Source: Eledone cirrhosa
Taxonomy: Eukaryota
DNA: 64,000 nucleotides
Assembly: GCA_964016885.1 (NCBI GenBank)
Contig: OZ024743.1
Coordinates: 176,080,001-176,144,000, forward strand
Reading direction: 5' to 3'
The notes beneath the pieces were generated by a model. It was given only the letters and a program-made list of their open reading frames with translations, was not told the origin of the DNA and did no database searches. Positions 12,500-26,449 of this stretch are shown piece by piece (position 1 is the stretch's first letter; the number at the start of each line of letters is the position of its first letter). Made by a program: the position numbers and the translations under genes.

Positions 12500-14012
12500 T
12501 TAGGAGTTGTGTGGGTGTTTGAGGAGGGGGTGGGGTAGCTTTTTTAGAAGGACGCGGTTAATGGGCCCGACGCAGGGGAGACCCACGTCCTCTTTAAAGT
12601 TGTTTTTTAAAGTTTTATAAGTGTCCTGTGGGACCTTAATCATTTTGAGGTGGGGGAAATCCCCTGCCTGGGTGAAGCTAGACCCTTGGGTTTTTATTGT
12701 GTTGTTGTACACAATGTTTAACAGTTTTTTGTTTCTTGTGTTTATGTATGTGTATGCATGTTTTTGTTTTTGTGTGGTGTTTTTTGTTTGCTGTTGTTGT
12801 GAGCTATTTTGTGTTGGTGTCAGTGTTATGTTTTGGGGAGGGGTTGTTTTCATTTGTGTGTCTGAGGTGTGTTTTCTTTTTTTTCTTTTGATTGTGTGGA
12901 AGTGCTCCTCCTCGTCTGACGACGAACCAGGGTCATCTTTCGCGTTGGAGGGGAGGGGTATATTTTCGGGTTGTGTTTGCGGTGCGGGTGTTTTGGAAAT
13001 TGTTTTTTTTTTAGTGGGGAGGATGGGTTGGACATTGTTTTGTTTTGGTCTGAGCTGTGGTTGTTGTTTTTGTAGTGGTAGTTGTGGTGATTGTGTTGGT
13101 TGTGCAGTTGTTGGTGGTGTAGGCAGGATTGGGGTTTTCTTATTAAGTTGGGGACAGACAGCCCTCAGGTGACCTCTGGTTCCGCAGAGGTAACACGTGG
13201 GCCGCCTACCCTCAACGGTAATGTTGATGAAAGTTTGATCATCCAGTATGACGCGTTCAGGGATCTGGGCGATCCTTTCGGGCCTCATTTGAACTACAAG
13301 TTCGAGGCTCGTTCCACTGAACGCGTCACCCGATGCCTTTCCCATGGACACCAGCGTGTCATCATCTAGGTTCAGGAAACCTGTCAAAACCCACCATGTG
13401 TTCATAATCGGTAGGATGGTGTGGATTTTTATTTTTTGTGTTCTTCTACCCATGTACGTAGGGTAGAAGGTGTATGCGGTGGATGTGATTGGTTTGATGA
13501 ACAGTTTCACTGCTGTGTCCCTGTCCTTCATGAGAATGGATAGACTCCCGTAGAGTCTATCCTTCTGAATGAAGGTGATGTCCTTCATGACGTCTTTTAA
13601 AACCAGCTCTATCTCACTCTGTGATGGTTGAGCTGGTTTTTTGCTTTTATTCGAGATTGCCCTAAACATGACAGTGTTTAGGAGTCTCTGGCTTTTTAGT
13701 TCCGGGGGGGGGGGGGATCTTGAATGAACCATTTTCCCCGTACACTATATATTTTTTGGCATCTGCCAGTAGCTCCTTCGCTTTGGTTATATCTACTGGC
13801 AGATAGTCGAGGGTTTTCCTTGCCGTCTGGGCGAAGGAGACCCTTTCCCTGCTTGTGTTGCTGTTGTAGTTGGTGGTGTTGTTGCTATCATTGTTGTTGT
13901 TATCACAGTTATTGGTCTTGTTGTTATTGTTATTGTTATTGGTGTTGTTTTCGTCCGTCGCATTGTTGTTGTTGTTGTTGCTGGGGCCGCTGGTTTTTTG
14001 GTTTGTTGCCAT
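12500..14012 (-). pseudogene. Tx1 ORF1 (gag-like zinc-knuckle protein), split by a frameshift at a G homopolymer
   Basis: ORF 12500-13732 contains CYLCGTRGHLRAVC (CX2CX4HX4C); upstream ORF 13662-14012 (Asn-rich, SFAQ motif) overlaps it at the G-run near 13703-13716. Confidence 0.8.
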
Positions 14013-14402
14013 GGCAACGTCAAGTTGTTGGTCAGCAGATGGAGAAAATCCTTCCTCTGGCTGACCTTTGCTTTTGACCTCTGCTACTGTGACAGTGGAA
14101 GGGGGAAGCTGTAAGTTTATCTTCCCCTTTCCTCCTTCGAATTTTGGTGTAGAAGCTTCAGCTATTTTTAAAAAATCTTAACTTTTCAACAAGAAAAAAA
14201 AACTTTTTTTTGTTTAACTATTTCGCCTAAAGGCGTAGAATATTTTGAGAGACTGACCAGATCAAAGTTTGACCTGGCAGTCCATCTACAAAATGGTACA
14301 AAAATTAGAGTTTACAGACAAGAATTTCTATAGAAATTTAAACAGAACTTACTCAGCAAGTTATACGCGTGTGTCCATCCCAGAGATAGATAGATAGATA
14401 GA

Positions 14403-14490
14403 TTTCTTTATTTGCCACAAGGACGCACAAATACAAAGCCACATGCCGGGGATTTTACATACAGTCGTGTAAAAATAAACGTTATTAGAA
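14403..14490 (-). mobile_element. Third Tx1 3'-end relic
   Basis: TTTCTTTATTTGCCACAAGG...CAAATACAAAG...TTTACATACA...CGTGTAAAA matches the copy 1 terminus at 7198-7280 and again abuts (GATA)n. Confidence 0.65.
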
Positions 14491-15327
14491 AATAGTAATA
14501 ATTGTTAGTATTCATAAGGATTTGTTTCTTTTTTTCCCCTATATTGCCTTATTATAGTAGAAAAAACAAACACATCTAGTAAAAAACAAAATATGTTGCT
14601 TTTTTTTACGTTAATTTGTAATTGATAACTAAAAGAATATATAGTAGGGAAATATAGTAACATGCACATATAGAGTCATATATACATACGTATATAAATC
14701 ATATATTCACCAAATTACAACAGAACCTACTTACAATTCTAGTAGCATATATTTTCCCGGTATAGACAGGAAACTGTTTCACTACACATTTCTTTTCGGC
14801 GAACATTAGAAACACTGGCCATCGTTGAGATGTGATGTGAAACTTTTCTAACTGGCAAAACGTTCGACATTTTGAATGATGGGTGTACAGGATGTTGTGT
14901 CTGTTAAGTTCTAATCTAAAGAGATGTCGGCGTTTGCATTATTCTTCATTTTCCACACGTAATCCGGGAGAGACGGGAATTGATTCTATCTTTGGATTAT
15001 AAAGAGTATATTACATTGTTTCAATCTCCGTCATAATAGGCACGAAATCTCCATACACCAATGGGTTAGGAGATATATAATGTTATGTCTACCAGTCAAC
15101 CACGGTCAACATATAGAACAAATGAAATTATGAGATACGGCAAATGAACGGCAAATTTTTCGTTAAACAAAGGTTTGACCTGATCGTCAAAATCTGGACA
15201 ATAGACATGAACCATGGCCCAAAACTTATTGTTCATTGACTTGAACCAACACAGTCGGAGAGCATTGAAGCTCACGACCTAATCTCTACGAAACCAATCA
15301 TTACTTTGATTACTTTTTCTTTGTATA

Positions 15328-15518
15328 ATAATTGTTTCTACTTTTGGTACAAGGCCAGCAATTACCCAGTACATTACTGGTACTTTATTTTATCGACTCC
15401 GTAAGGATGAAAGGCAAAGTCAACCTCGGCGGGATTTGAACTCAGACCGTAAAGGGACGTAACTATGCTGGAAAGCATGGCGTCCGACTCTCTACCGATG
15501 CTGCCAATCCACCGCCCT
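15328..15518 (-). mobile_element. SINE family A copy
   Basis: Reverse complement of the 85-275 unit with few differences. Confidence 0.9.
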
Positions 15519-16215
15519 TTTTCATTGTATAATAACATCAATGTGGAATTTTAAAATAATTGAGATTTATTTAAAACAATAAAAACATTTAGCTTGGCCA
15601 TATATAAGTATGGTTTCATTCGGTATGGTGATGGTGAGGCTATGGTAGCTAGGTAGGGGTAGTGTACGGTGAGGTGGAGTATGTTATCGAAGAGCTAATA
15701 GTTGTGGGTATACTTTCAGTTGGTTTCACCCTCATTTTCTCCCTGTCCCTTTGTTCACTCTATGTATTACAACCGGTTCAATATTTTTCTGTATACCTTA
15801 TGTAACTATAGTAAATAGCTCAACTTACAAGCAAAGGACGCTGCCTCCAACACCTGGGAAACGTCACCAGCAGAAAGAACGAATGAATATCTATGCTTTT
15901 GATTGATGTGCTAGAAACGGCTGCCAAATCTACCTAAAAATTCACTATTCCGCCTTAAAAGAAAAGAACGAATCGCGCCTTTAATTATATATCTGCCGGA
16001 TTGGGATGTGTCTAAACAACATCAACATCTACAACAAAACTTCTATAATATCATCTACAACATATGCAACAAAAACTACACAAACCTCTGCATTTACAGC
16101 AACTACAACATTTATATCGACATCAGCAACGACTAAAACAGCAACATCAACGCCAACAACATCTACAGCAACAGCTACAGCTACACAAGCTACAAAAAAA
16201 CTACGAGAATATCAC

Positions 16216-16656
16216 AAAAACAATTCGGTATTCGTACCAATCCTTACCTATTGTCATGAATCTTGGGTAATGACTGAACGAATATGATCACGAATTGGGT
16301 TCCTCCAAAGGACCTTTGGAGTGACGTTACTCAATAGAGTGCATAGCTCGAAGACTCACTCCAGGTAGAGCCGCTACTTCTCCGAATTGAGAGATCACAG
16401 CACCGATACTATGAGTATGTGGTTAGAATGTCTCAGGAAAGAATCACTGGACAGATTTTACAAGCAAAACCAACCGGTAGGAGATCCATGGGTAGACATC
16501 GAGCAATATGGTTGGATAACATCCATAAGCCTGTCTGGTATTGCTTGGGGATCCAGACGGATCAATTGGAGACGGTTGCTTCTGACAAGACCCGCTGGAA
16601 GGAGTGTTTAAGGACTCTGCCCTCATGACTTTCTCAGATATAAGTGGGCAAAGAAG

Positions 16657-16660
<4 letters not shown>
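16216..16660 (+). mobile_element. RTE-clade LINE 3' fragment
   Basis: Translates in shifting frames to SVFVPILTYCHESWVMT...EPLLLRIERSQ...VVRMSQERITGQILQAKPTGRRSMGRHRAIWLDNI...W, typical of an RTE ORF C-terminus. Confidence 0.85.
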
Positions 16661-16693
<33 letters not shown>

Positions 16694-16854
16694 CAATGAA
16701 AACACCTCTGTGATCACATCAACGATGAGGCTTCTGCTGAGTCAGTTGCTCTGCTAGAAATAGTAGCTGAATCTCCCTCAAAGGAATATGCAATGTTACC
16801 ACTGGGGTTTCCATTATTGATATTATCGCACTGTCATACCTCTTGGCAGGATGC

Positions 16855-16965
16855 ACAACGTGAAATAAATTATTTCAAAAACACAATGCACAATCCGTTA
16901 TAGGAATCGAACCCATAACCTTATGAGCGTGAGTCCAACACCCTAATCACTAGACCACGTGTTTC
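16855..16965 (-). mobile_element. tRNA-derived SINE head (family B), degenerate
   Basis: Reverse complement reads GTGGTCTAGTGATTAGGGTGTTGGACTCACG...GGGTTCGATTCC (A and B boxes); related to 26105-26215 (+) and 27780-27855 (-). Confidence 0.65.
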
Positions 16966-17701
16966 ATAATTAGATGATTCACAACTCTCTTAAAAGTAAC
17001 GACACAATGGATTATATGATCTCAGACACACTGTGTCTGCAGACTGGTTAGTCAAGGTCGGCATTCCTTAGGATTATAGTTTGCTTGATCAGGACAGGCC
17101 TTGGGTAAACAATAAACCAACCACTGACAAAACCAGTCAAAATATACCTACGTTTATTATCACCGTCAACTGTTAATCACTATTGCCCAGGGTCGTCGCC
17201 ACCATTAAAACTAACAAGACAGATGCTACCTTGAACACATACACCAGACAAACGCATTACTGGGCCTTAACTGATTACGGTTTTATACAAATGTGTATAA
17301 TTAATTGAAATATCCAAAGCAGCGGAAAATGTTATAAGGTGTTATGGTCTGTCATTTGAGTTGGCGTGGGTTGATGTGGACTGTATAGTATAAAATGCAG
17401 GTCTAGTAATTTTCTTTGTGGAATCAGAGCAAGAAGTGTCAAAACTAGGTTTGTCAGGTTGCCAAATTGTAAGTTGAAAGTATTTTATTTTGGAGAATGG
17501 GGTGTAAGACTGGGAGATGAGGGCACACATTGTACGATTAATATTGGGTGCTGAATACTTTGGCGCCAGTCCTACAACTACCATCACCAAACCCCTACCA
17601 CTACAACCACCACTACCACCCCTACCATCACCACCAGCAAAAACAACAATAAGAACAACTTCAACAGTAACAACCAAAGAAGCAAACATCATCACCACCA
17701 C

Positions 17702-18420
17702 ACCACCACCACAACAACCATCAACACCACCACTGCCACCTCCACCACCAGCAAAAACAACAACAATACTAGGGTAGACGCAACAATTACAACTCCACCA
17801 TCGCTATCACACCACTACCACTACCACCATCACCACTACCACTACCACCACCACAACAACCATCAACACCACCACTGCCACCTCCACCACCAGCAAAAAC
17901 AACAACAATACTAGGGTAGACGCAACAATTACAACTCCACCATCGCTATCACACCACTACCACTACCACCATCACCACTACCACTACCACCACCACAACA
18001 ACCATCAACACCACCACTGCCACCTCCACCACCAGCAAAAACAACAACAATACTAGGGTAGACGCAACAATTACAACTCCACCATCGCTATCACACCACT
18101 ACCACTACCACCATCACCACTACCACTACCACCACCACAACAACCATCAACACCACCACTGCCACCTCCACCACCAGCAAAAACAACAACAATACTAGGG
18201 TAGACGCAACAATTACAACTCCACCATCGCTATCACACCACTACCACTACCACCATCACCACTACCACTACCACCACCACAACAACCATCAACACCACCA
18301 CTGCCACCTCCACCACCAGCAAAAACAACAACAATACTAGGGTAGACGCAACAATTACAACTCCACCATCGCTATCACACCACTACCACTACCACCATCA
18401 CCACTACCACTACCACCACC
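17702..18420. repeat. 142-bp tandem repeat, 5 copies
   Basis: Marker AGGGTAGACGC starts at 17771, 17913, 18055, 18197 and 18339 (exact 142-bp spacing). Confidence 0.95.
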
Positions 18421-18549
18421 ACCACCACCAACACTATCATGACTACTAACACTACCACCACCACCACTATCATCACTACTACAACTGTCATCACCGCCGC
18501 CGCCACCACCACCACCACCACCATTACTAACATTCCTGTCACCATCATC

Positions 18550-21500
18550 ACGACCACACCAACACCACCGTCACCACCACCGCCACCACACCAACACCAC
18601 CGTCACCACCACCTCCACCACAACCAACACCACCGTCACCACCACCTCCACCACAACCAACACCACCGTCACCACCACCTCCACCACACCAACACCACCG
18701 TCACCACCAACTCCACCACACCAACACCACCATCACCACCACCTCCACCACACCAACACCACCGTCACCACCACCTCCACCACACCAACACCACCGTCAC
18801 CACCACCTCCACCACAACCAACACCACCGTCACCACCACCGTCACCACCACCTCCACCACACCAACACCACCGTCACCACCACCTCCACCACAACCAACA
18901 CCACCGTCACCACCACCTCCACCACAACCAACACCACCGTCACCACCACCTCCACCACAACCAACACCACCGTCACCACCACCTCCACCAACACCACCGT
19001 CACCACCACTTGCACCACACCACCATCACCACCAACTCCACCACACCAACACCACGATCACCACCACCTCCACCACACCAACACCACCATCACCACCACC
19101 TCCACCACACCAACACCACCATCACCACCACCACCACCACCACACCACCACCTCCACCACCTCCACCACAACCAACACCACCGTCACCACCACCTCCACC
19201 ACACCAACACCACCGTCACCACCACATCCACCACAACCAACACCACCGTCACCACCACCTCCACCACACCTCCATCACCACCACCTCCACCACAACCAAC
19301 ACCACCGTCACCACCACCTCCACCACACCACCATCACCACCACCTCCACCACAACCAACACCACCGTCACCACCACCTCCACCACAACCAACACCACCAT
19401 CACCACCACCTGCACCACAACCAACACCACCGTCACCACCACCTCCACCACAACCAACACCACCATCATCACCACCTCCACCACAACCAACACCACCATC
19501 ACCACCACCTCCACCACACCAACACCACCGTCACCACCACCTCCACCACAACCAACACCACCGTCACCACCATCTCCACCACAACCAACACCACCGTCAC
19601 CACCACCTCCACCACACCACCATCACCACCACCTCCACCACACCAACACCACCATCACCACCACCTCCACCACACCAACACCACCATCACCACCACCACC
19701 ACACCACCACCGCCACCACCTCCACCACATCCAACACCACCGACACCACCACCACCACCTCCACCACACCAACACCACCGTCACCACCACCTCCACCACA
19801 ACCAACACCACCGTCACCACCACATCCACCACAACCAACACCACCGTCACCACCACCTCCACCACACCACCATCACCACCACCTCCACCACAACCAACAC
19901 CACCGTCACCACCACCTCCACCACACCACCGTCAGCACCACCTCCACCACAACGAACACCACCGTCACCACCACCTCCACCACGCCACCATCACCACCAC
20001 CTCCACCACAACCAACACCACCATCACCACCACCTCCACCACAACCAACACCACCATCACCACCACCTCCACCACAACCAACACCACCGTCAACAACATC
20101 TCCACCACAACCAACACCACCGTCACCACCACCTCCACCACACCACCAACACCACCACCTCCACCACAACCAACACCACCGTCACCACCACCTCCACCAC
20201 AACCAACACCACCGTCACCACCACCTCCACCACAACCAACACCACCGTCACCACCACATCCACCACAACCAACACCACCGTCACCACCACCTTCACCACA
20301 CCACCATCACCACCACCTCCAGCACAACCAACACCACCGTCACCACCATCTCCACCACACCACCATCACCACCACCTCCACCACAACCAACACCACCGTC
20401 ACCACCACCTCCACCACACCACCGTCACCACCACCTCCACCACACCACCATCACCACCACCTCCACCACAACCAACACCACCGTCACCACCACCTCCACC
20501 ACACCACCGTCACCACCACCTCCACCACACCACCATCACCACCACCTCCACCACAACCAACACCACCGTCACCACCACCTCCATCACACCACCATCACCA
20601 CCACCTCAACCACCACCAACACCACCATCACCACCACCTCCACCACAACCAACACCACCGTCACCACCACATCCACCACAACCAACACCACCGTCACCAC
20701 CACATCCACCACAACCAACACCACCGTCACCACCACCTCCACCACACCACCATCACCACCACCTCCACCACAACCAACACCACCGTCACCACCACCTCCA
20801 CCACACCACCATCACCACCACCTCCACCACAACCAACACCACCGTCACCACCACCTCCACCACACTACCATCACCACCACCTCCATCACAACCAACACCA
20901 CCGTCACCACCACCTCCACCACAACCAACACCACCATCACCACCACCTCCACCACAACCAACACCACCATCACCACCACCTCCACCACAACCAACACCAC
21001 CGTCACCACCACCTCCTCCGCAACCAATACCACCGTCACCACCACCTCCACCACAACCAACACCACCATCACCACCACCTTCACCACAACCAACACCACC
21101 ATCACCACCACCTCCACCACACCAACACCACCGTCACCACCACCTCCACCACAACCAACACCACCGTCACCACCACCTCCACCACAACCAACACCACCGT
21201 CACCACCACTTCCACCACACCACCATCACCACCAGCTCCACCACACCAACACCACCATCACCACCACCTCCACCACACCAACACCACCATCACCACCACC
21301 ACCACCACCACACCACCACTTCCACCACACCAACACCTCCACCACATCCACCACATCCAACACCACCGTCACCACCACCTCCACCACACCAACACCACCG
21401 TCACCACCACCTCCACCACAACCAACACCACCGTCACCACCACCTCCACCACACCACCATCACCACCACCTCCACCACAACCAACACCACCGTCACCACC

Positions 21501-23050
21501 ACCTCCACCACACCACCGTCACCACCACCTCCACCACAACCAACACCACCGTCACAACCACCTCCACCACACCACCATCACCACCGTCACCACCACCTCC
21601 ACCACACCACCATCACCACCACCTCCACCACACCAACACCACCGTCACCACCACCTCCACCACAACCAACACCAACGTCACCACCACCTCCACCACAACC
21701 AACACCACCGTCACCACCACCTCCACCACACCACCATCACCACAACCTCCACCACAACCAACACCACCGTCACCACCACTACCACCAACACAACCGTCAC
21801 CACCACCTCCACCACAACCAACACCACCGTCACCACCACCTCCACCACACCACCGTGACCACCACCTCCACCACAACCAACACCACCATCACCACCACCT
21901 CCACCACACCACTGTCACCAACACCTCCACCAACACCACCGTCGCCACCACTTCCACCACACCAACATCACCGTCACCACCACCTCCACCACAACCAACA
22001 CCACCGTCACCACCACCTCCACCACACCACCGTCACTACCACCTCCACCACAACCAACATCACCACCACCACCACCTCCACCACACCACCATCACCACCA
22101 CCTCCACCACAACCAACACCACCATCACCACCACCTCCACCTCCACCACACCACCATCACCACCACCTCCACCACAACCAACACCACCGTCACCACCACC
22201 TCCACCACACCACCGTCACCACCACCTCCACCACAACCAACATCACCACCACCACCACCTCCACCACACCACCATCACCACCACCTCCACCACAACCAAC
22301 ACCACCATCACCACCACCTCCACCACAACCAACACCACCGTCACCACCACCTCCACCACACCAACACCACCGTCACCACCACCTCCACCACACCACCATC
22401 ACCACCACCTCCACCACAACCAACACCACCATCACCACCACCTCCACCACAACCAACACCACCGTCACCACCACCTCCACCACACCAACACCACCATCAC
22501 CACCACCTCCACCACACCAACACCACCGTCACCACCACCTCCACCACACCAACACCACCGTCACCACCACCTCCACCACACCAACACCACCGTCACCCCC
22601 ACCTCCACCACACCAACACCACCGTCACCACCACCTCCACCACAACCAACACCACCGTCACCACCACCTCCACCACAACCAACACCACCGTCACCACCAC
22701 CTCCACCACAACCAACACCACCGTCACCACCACCACCACCACAACCAACACCACTGTCGCCACCACCTCCACCACAACCAACACCACCGTCACCACCACC
22801 ACCACCACAACCAACACCACTGTCGCCACCACCTCCACCACAACCAACACCACCGTCACCACCACATCCACCACAACCAACACCACCGTCACCACCACCA
22901 CCACCACAACCAACACCACCGTCACCACCACCACCACCACAACCAACACCACTGTCGCCACCACCTCCACCACAACCAACACTACCGTCACCACCACCTC
23001 CACCACAACCAACACCACCATCACCACCACCTCCACCACCACCACCACCT
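18550..23050. repeat. Complex (CCA)n-derived minisatellite (26/32/33-bp unit variants)
   Basis: Interspersed units CCACCACAACCAACACCACCGTCACCACCACCT (33), CCACCACACCAACACCACCGTCACCACCACCT (32) and CCACCACACCACCATCACCACCACCT (26); top strand almost entirely C and A. Confidence 0.95.
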
Positions 23051-23514
23051 TTCACGCCATTCTAATACCACAAATAATATCACAGCTTACTACCTTTACT
23101 AGCAATACTACCATCAGCACTATCGCAGCCACTAACACCACACCACTACCACCATCACCACCACACCACCATCTACATTGTCCTATCCATCTCAGCCACT
23201 AATACCACCACACCACCACACCACGACCACCATCACCACCATCAACATCTTCTTCCCCATCGTAACCGCTACCCCCCCCCCCCCCCCACTACTACCACCA
23301 CCACCACCACACCACTACCACCATCACCACCATCACCACCATCAACATCTTCTTCCCCATCGTAGCCGCTAACACCACCACAGCACCCACGCCACCACCC
23401 CCTCACTACCACCATCACCACCATCAACATCATCTTCCCCATCGCTGCCACCACCACCACTACCACCACCATCGGCATCATTCTTTCCGCTTTTTTTATA
23501 CCACAATCAACTCC

Positions 23515-23790
23515 ACCATCAACATCAACATCACCATCAACTCCACCATCACCATCAACTCCACCATCAACATCACCATCAACATCACCATCAACATCAC
23601 CATCAACATCACCATCAACATCACCATCAACATCACCATCAACATCACCACCAACATCACCATCAACTCCACCATCACCATCAACATCACCATCAACATC
23701 ACCATCAACATCACCATCAACATCACCATCAACATCACCATCAACATCACCATCAACATCACCATCAACATCACCATCAACATCACCATC
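23515..23790. repeat. 12-bp tandem repeat (CATCAACATCAC)n
   Basis: Direct reading. Confidence 0.95.
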
Positions 23791-25032
23791 ACTATTATCA
23801 GCTTTAGTAGCAACAGCATTACCAAAAACAAACCACGCACCCCATTGTAAACACTAAATACCACATACACACATACATACATACTCATATACACGCACAT
23901 ATACACATACATACGCACTCACACACTCATACACAAACACACTCTTATACAGACACACACACACACATATATATATACCATATTCATATAAGTTCACGGA
24001 AGCCCATTATATTTCACGCTGTAACACATACACTCTCGTGCGTGTGTGCATGCACACACAAAAAGCACACGTACAAACACGCAAACACACACATAAACAA
24101 ACCTGTAGATATACACACATACACTAACATATATATATATATATATATATATAAATTATCGCGAATCGGAACTTCGGCCCACGAAATAACGAAACACAAT
24201 ATATATAAGCGCACACATAGCAGTGCAGATAACTTAGGCCGTATGCACTCACACACAGATACACACGCATAGATACATACGCATAGATACACATACGCGC
24301 ACTCACACACAAATATATTTACTTTTAGACGTACATACACTCATATATATATGTATCTATATATATGTACATACACACAAACACATACATATAAGCACGC
24401 ACACAAAGCAGTGCATCATAACTTGTGCACACACACACGCACGTACTGACGCACGCAAACACACATCAACACACTTCCACACATCGTACACACATACATA
24501 AACATTCACTGCAGCTCACTTAACTTCCTACCACAACAACGAGTCAACGAGGGAGCCTCTATGCGCTCGCCCGACTTGCTAGTCACAGCAGTCAAATACT
24601 TTCATTTCACCGCCTTACAAGATAGAAGGACTAGATATATTAATTTATAAATGGAAAAAAAGACGGGATGATCACGGCTGGAATACCTTTGACTATAGGT
24701 CTGCTCGATCAGGGCTGACCCGGGGTTAAACAACTCCCCACTATAAAAATACACACATATATATAATACAAAGCACAGGAATTCCCCAATTCCACACGCC
24801 GGCTCCTACATTTACCACCATCACCACCACATCGACCACAACCAGCACCAACACCACCATCATCATCATCACCACCACAATCAACTTATATCTACAGCTG
24901 TGCATCTGCTATCTTCTTCTTTTTCTTTTTCTTTTTCTTTTTCTTTTTCTTTTTCTTCTTTTTCTTCTTCTTTCGTTCTTCTTTTCATTTTCGTTCTTTT
25001 TCGCCACTACATCTTCACTTTGCGCCCCGTCC

Positions 25033-25287
25033 ATGGGAGCGGGTGTGGACCTAGCTTACCCGAGTGCTAGCGTACGTGTGGTTCTAATAATTTCCATGAG
25101 TGTCTTCTGTCTTGTAACAGTCATCTCTAACATTCTGGTCATTGTAACAGTAATACTAACGAAGAAACTAAGGACCATATCTTCGGCCTTCCTCATCAAT
25201 CTCTGTGTAGCCGACTTGGCAAACGGTCTACTTACCATGCCCTTCATAATCGTTGGTCTCGCATACGACGGAGTACCGCTCACACAG
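25033..25287 (+). CDS. First coding exon of a class A (rhodopsin-like) GPCR, TM1-TM2
   Basis: Kozak-like TCCATGG; TM1 ending SNILVIVTV (N1.50), ICL1 KKLRT, TM2 FLINLCVADL...MP (D2.50); phase-0 donor CAG|GTAAGT at 25287/25288; the ORF beyond the donor runs into SINE sequence. Confidence 0.88.
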
Positions 25288-25310
25288 GTAAGTCACAATA
25301 TTACTTTTAT

Positions 25311-25860
25311 TGCCGAGGTTAACTTTGCCTTTTATCCTTACGGGGTCGATAAAATAAAGTACCAGTAATGCGCTGGGTATTTGCTGGCCTTGTGTCAAAA
25401 AGTAGAAACAATTATTATTAATAATAAAAAAAATGGGCGGTGGATTGGTAGAATCAGTAGGGCGTCGGACAACATGCTTTGCGGCATATAGTTACGGCTC
25501 TTTACGTTCTGAGTTCAAATCCCACCGAGGTTAGCTTTGCCTTTCATCATTCGTTCGTTAAAATAAAGTACCAAGAAAACACTGGGGTCGTTTTAATCGA
25601 CTTTCCCCTCCCCTGAAATTGTTGGCTTTGTGTTTAAATCAGAAAAAAATAAATGATAAAAATGGGCAGTATTTTGGCAGGATCAGTGGAGCGTCGGTGT
25701 TTGGTTACGACTTTCTAGGCCCTGAGTTCAAATGACGCTGAAGTAAACTTTACAGTTCATCCATTCACATCTGGAAAAATAAAGAACTAGTGAAGTACTG
25801 GAGTGGATTTCATCCATTTCCCCCAAATTAGTGGCCTTGTGCCAATATTAGAAAGAATTA
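25311..25860 (+). mobile_element. Cluster of three SINE family A copies
   Basis: Partial copy 25311-25412, full copy 25435-25645, degenerate copy 25665-25860. Confidence 0.8.
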
Positions 25861-26104
25861 TTATTAATGATAGATGAGCTAGGAGTTCAAATCCCCGCCG
25901 AGGGTTTTCCTTCTTCCAGTCAAGTGTTGCTGTCAACATAATCTCTCCCACCAACCAAGCCACACAAAAAAGAATAAAAATAAAACATGATACATTTGCC
26001 GGGGCTAATAAGAATATGTGCACCCCCACAAACACAACACACATATATATATATATAAATATATATATATGTGTGTGTGTCTGTGTGTGTGTCTGTGTAT
26101 GCAC

Positions 26105-26215
26105 CCTGCATGGTGGTTAAGGAGTTAGACTCACGATCGCAAGGACGCGGGTTCGATTCCTGAAAAACACGGTGCGTTATTTTCAGCAAAATACATCATC
26201 TCACTTTGCTTCTTT
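26105..26215 (+). mobile_element. tRNA-derived SINE head (family B)
   Basis: TGGTGGTTAAGGAGTTAGACTCACGATCGCAAGGACGCGGGTTCGATTCC: A box and B box without an acceptor stem. Confidence 0.65.
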
Positions 26216-26375
26216 TGCAACCGGCAAGTAGTATCAACAGCGAGGAAAACCATCGATCTGGCGATCGGCTCCTTTAGTATAGCGATATAAGGTTGCGCTT
26301 ACCAATGAAATGGTCGTAAATACCTGGATAAAATCCTTTTTTAATGCTTACCTGTGTTTTCTCTTTTACTGTATG

Positions 26376-26442
<67 letters not shown>

Positions 26443-26449
<7 letters not shown>

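Larger units (their letters stand above)
8914..14382 (-). mobile_element. Tx1-clade LINE, near full-length copy 2 (frameshifted)
   Basis: ORF1 with gag-type zinc knuckle followed by APE-RT-zinc finger ORF2 pieces; flanked by (GATA)n on both sides (8882-8913 and 14383-14403); 3' end GGCAAATAAAAGAAACAT. Confidence 0.92.

Noticed and set aside
7339-14077. Plus-strand and alternative-frame ORFs overlapping the Tx1 elements
   Set aside because: Shadow ORFs of GC-rich or low-complexity retroelement coding sequence
14750-15290. Minus-strand peptide fragments (MVHVYCP, VWKMKN) reminiscent of an old APE endonuclease
   Set aside because: Too many stops and frameshifts to call by eye; needs a translated HMM search
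17342-17575. Unique open stretch on the minus strand next to the CCA tract (possible exon)
   Set aside because: No recognisable motif or partner exon; the ORF start lies in the repeat
18439-23102. Extensin-, mucin- or His-rich-looking ORFs of 1139, 1351 and 415 aa
   Set aside because: All three plus frames are open because the C/A-rich tract cannot form stops; 26- and 32-bp units shift frame constantly, which argues against coding
25288-25368. Extension of the GPCR ORF to 111 aa
   Set aside because: Lies beyond the GTAAGT donor and translates SINE sequence
26105-26165. tRNA-like sequence with A and B boxes (also in other SINE heads)
   Set aside because: No complete cloverleaf or acceptor stem; continues into SINE body
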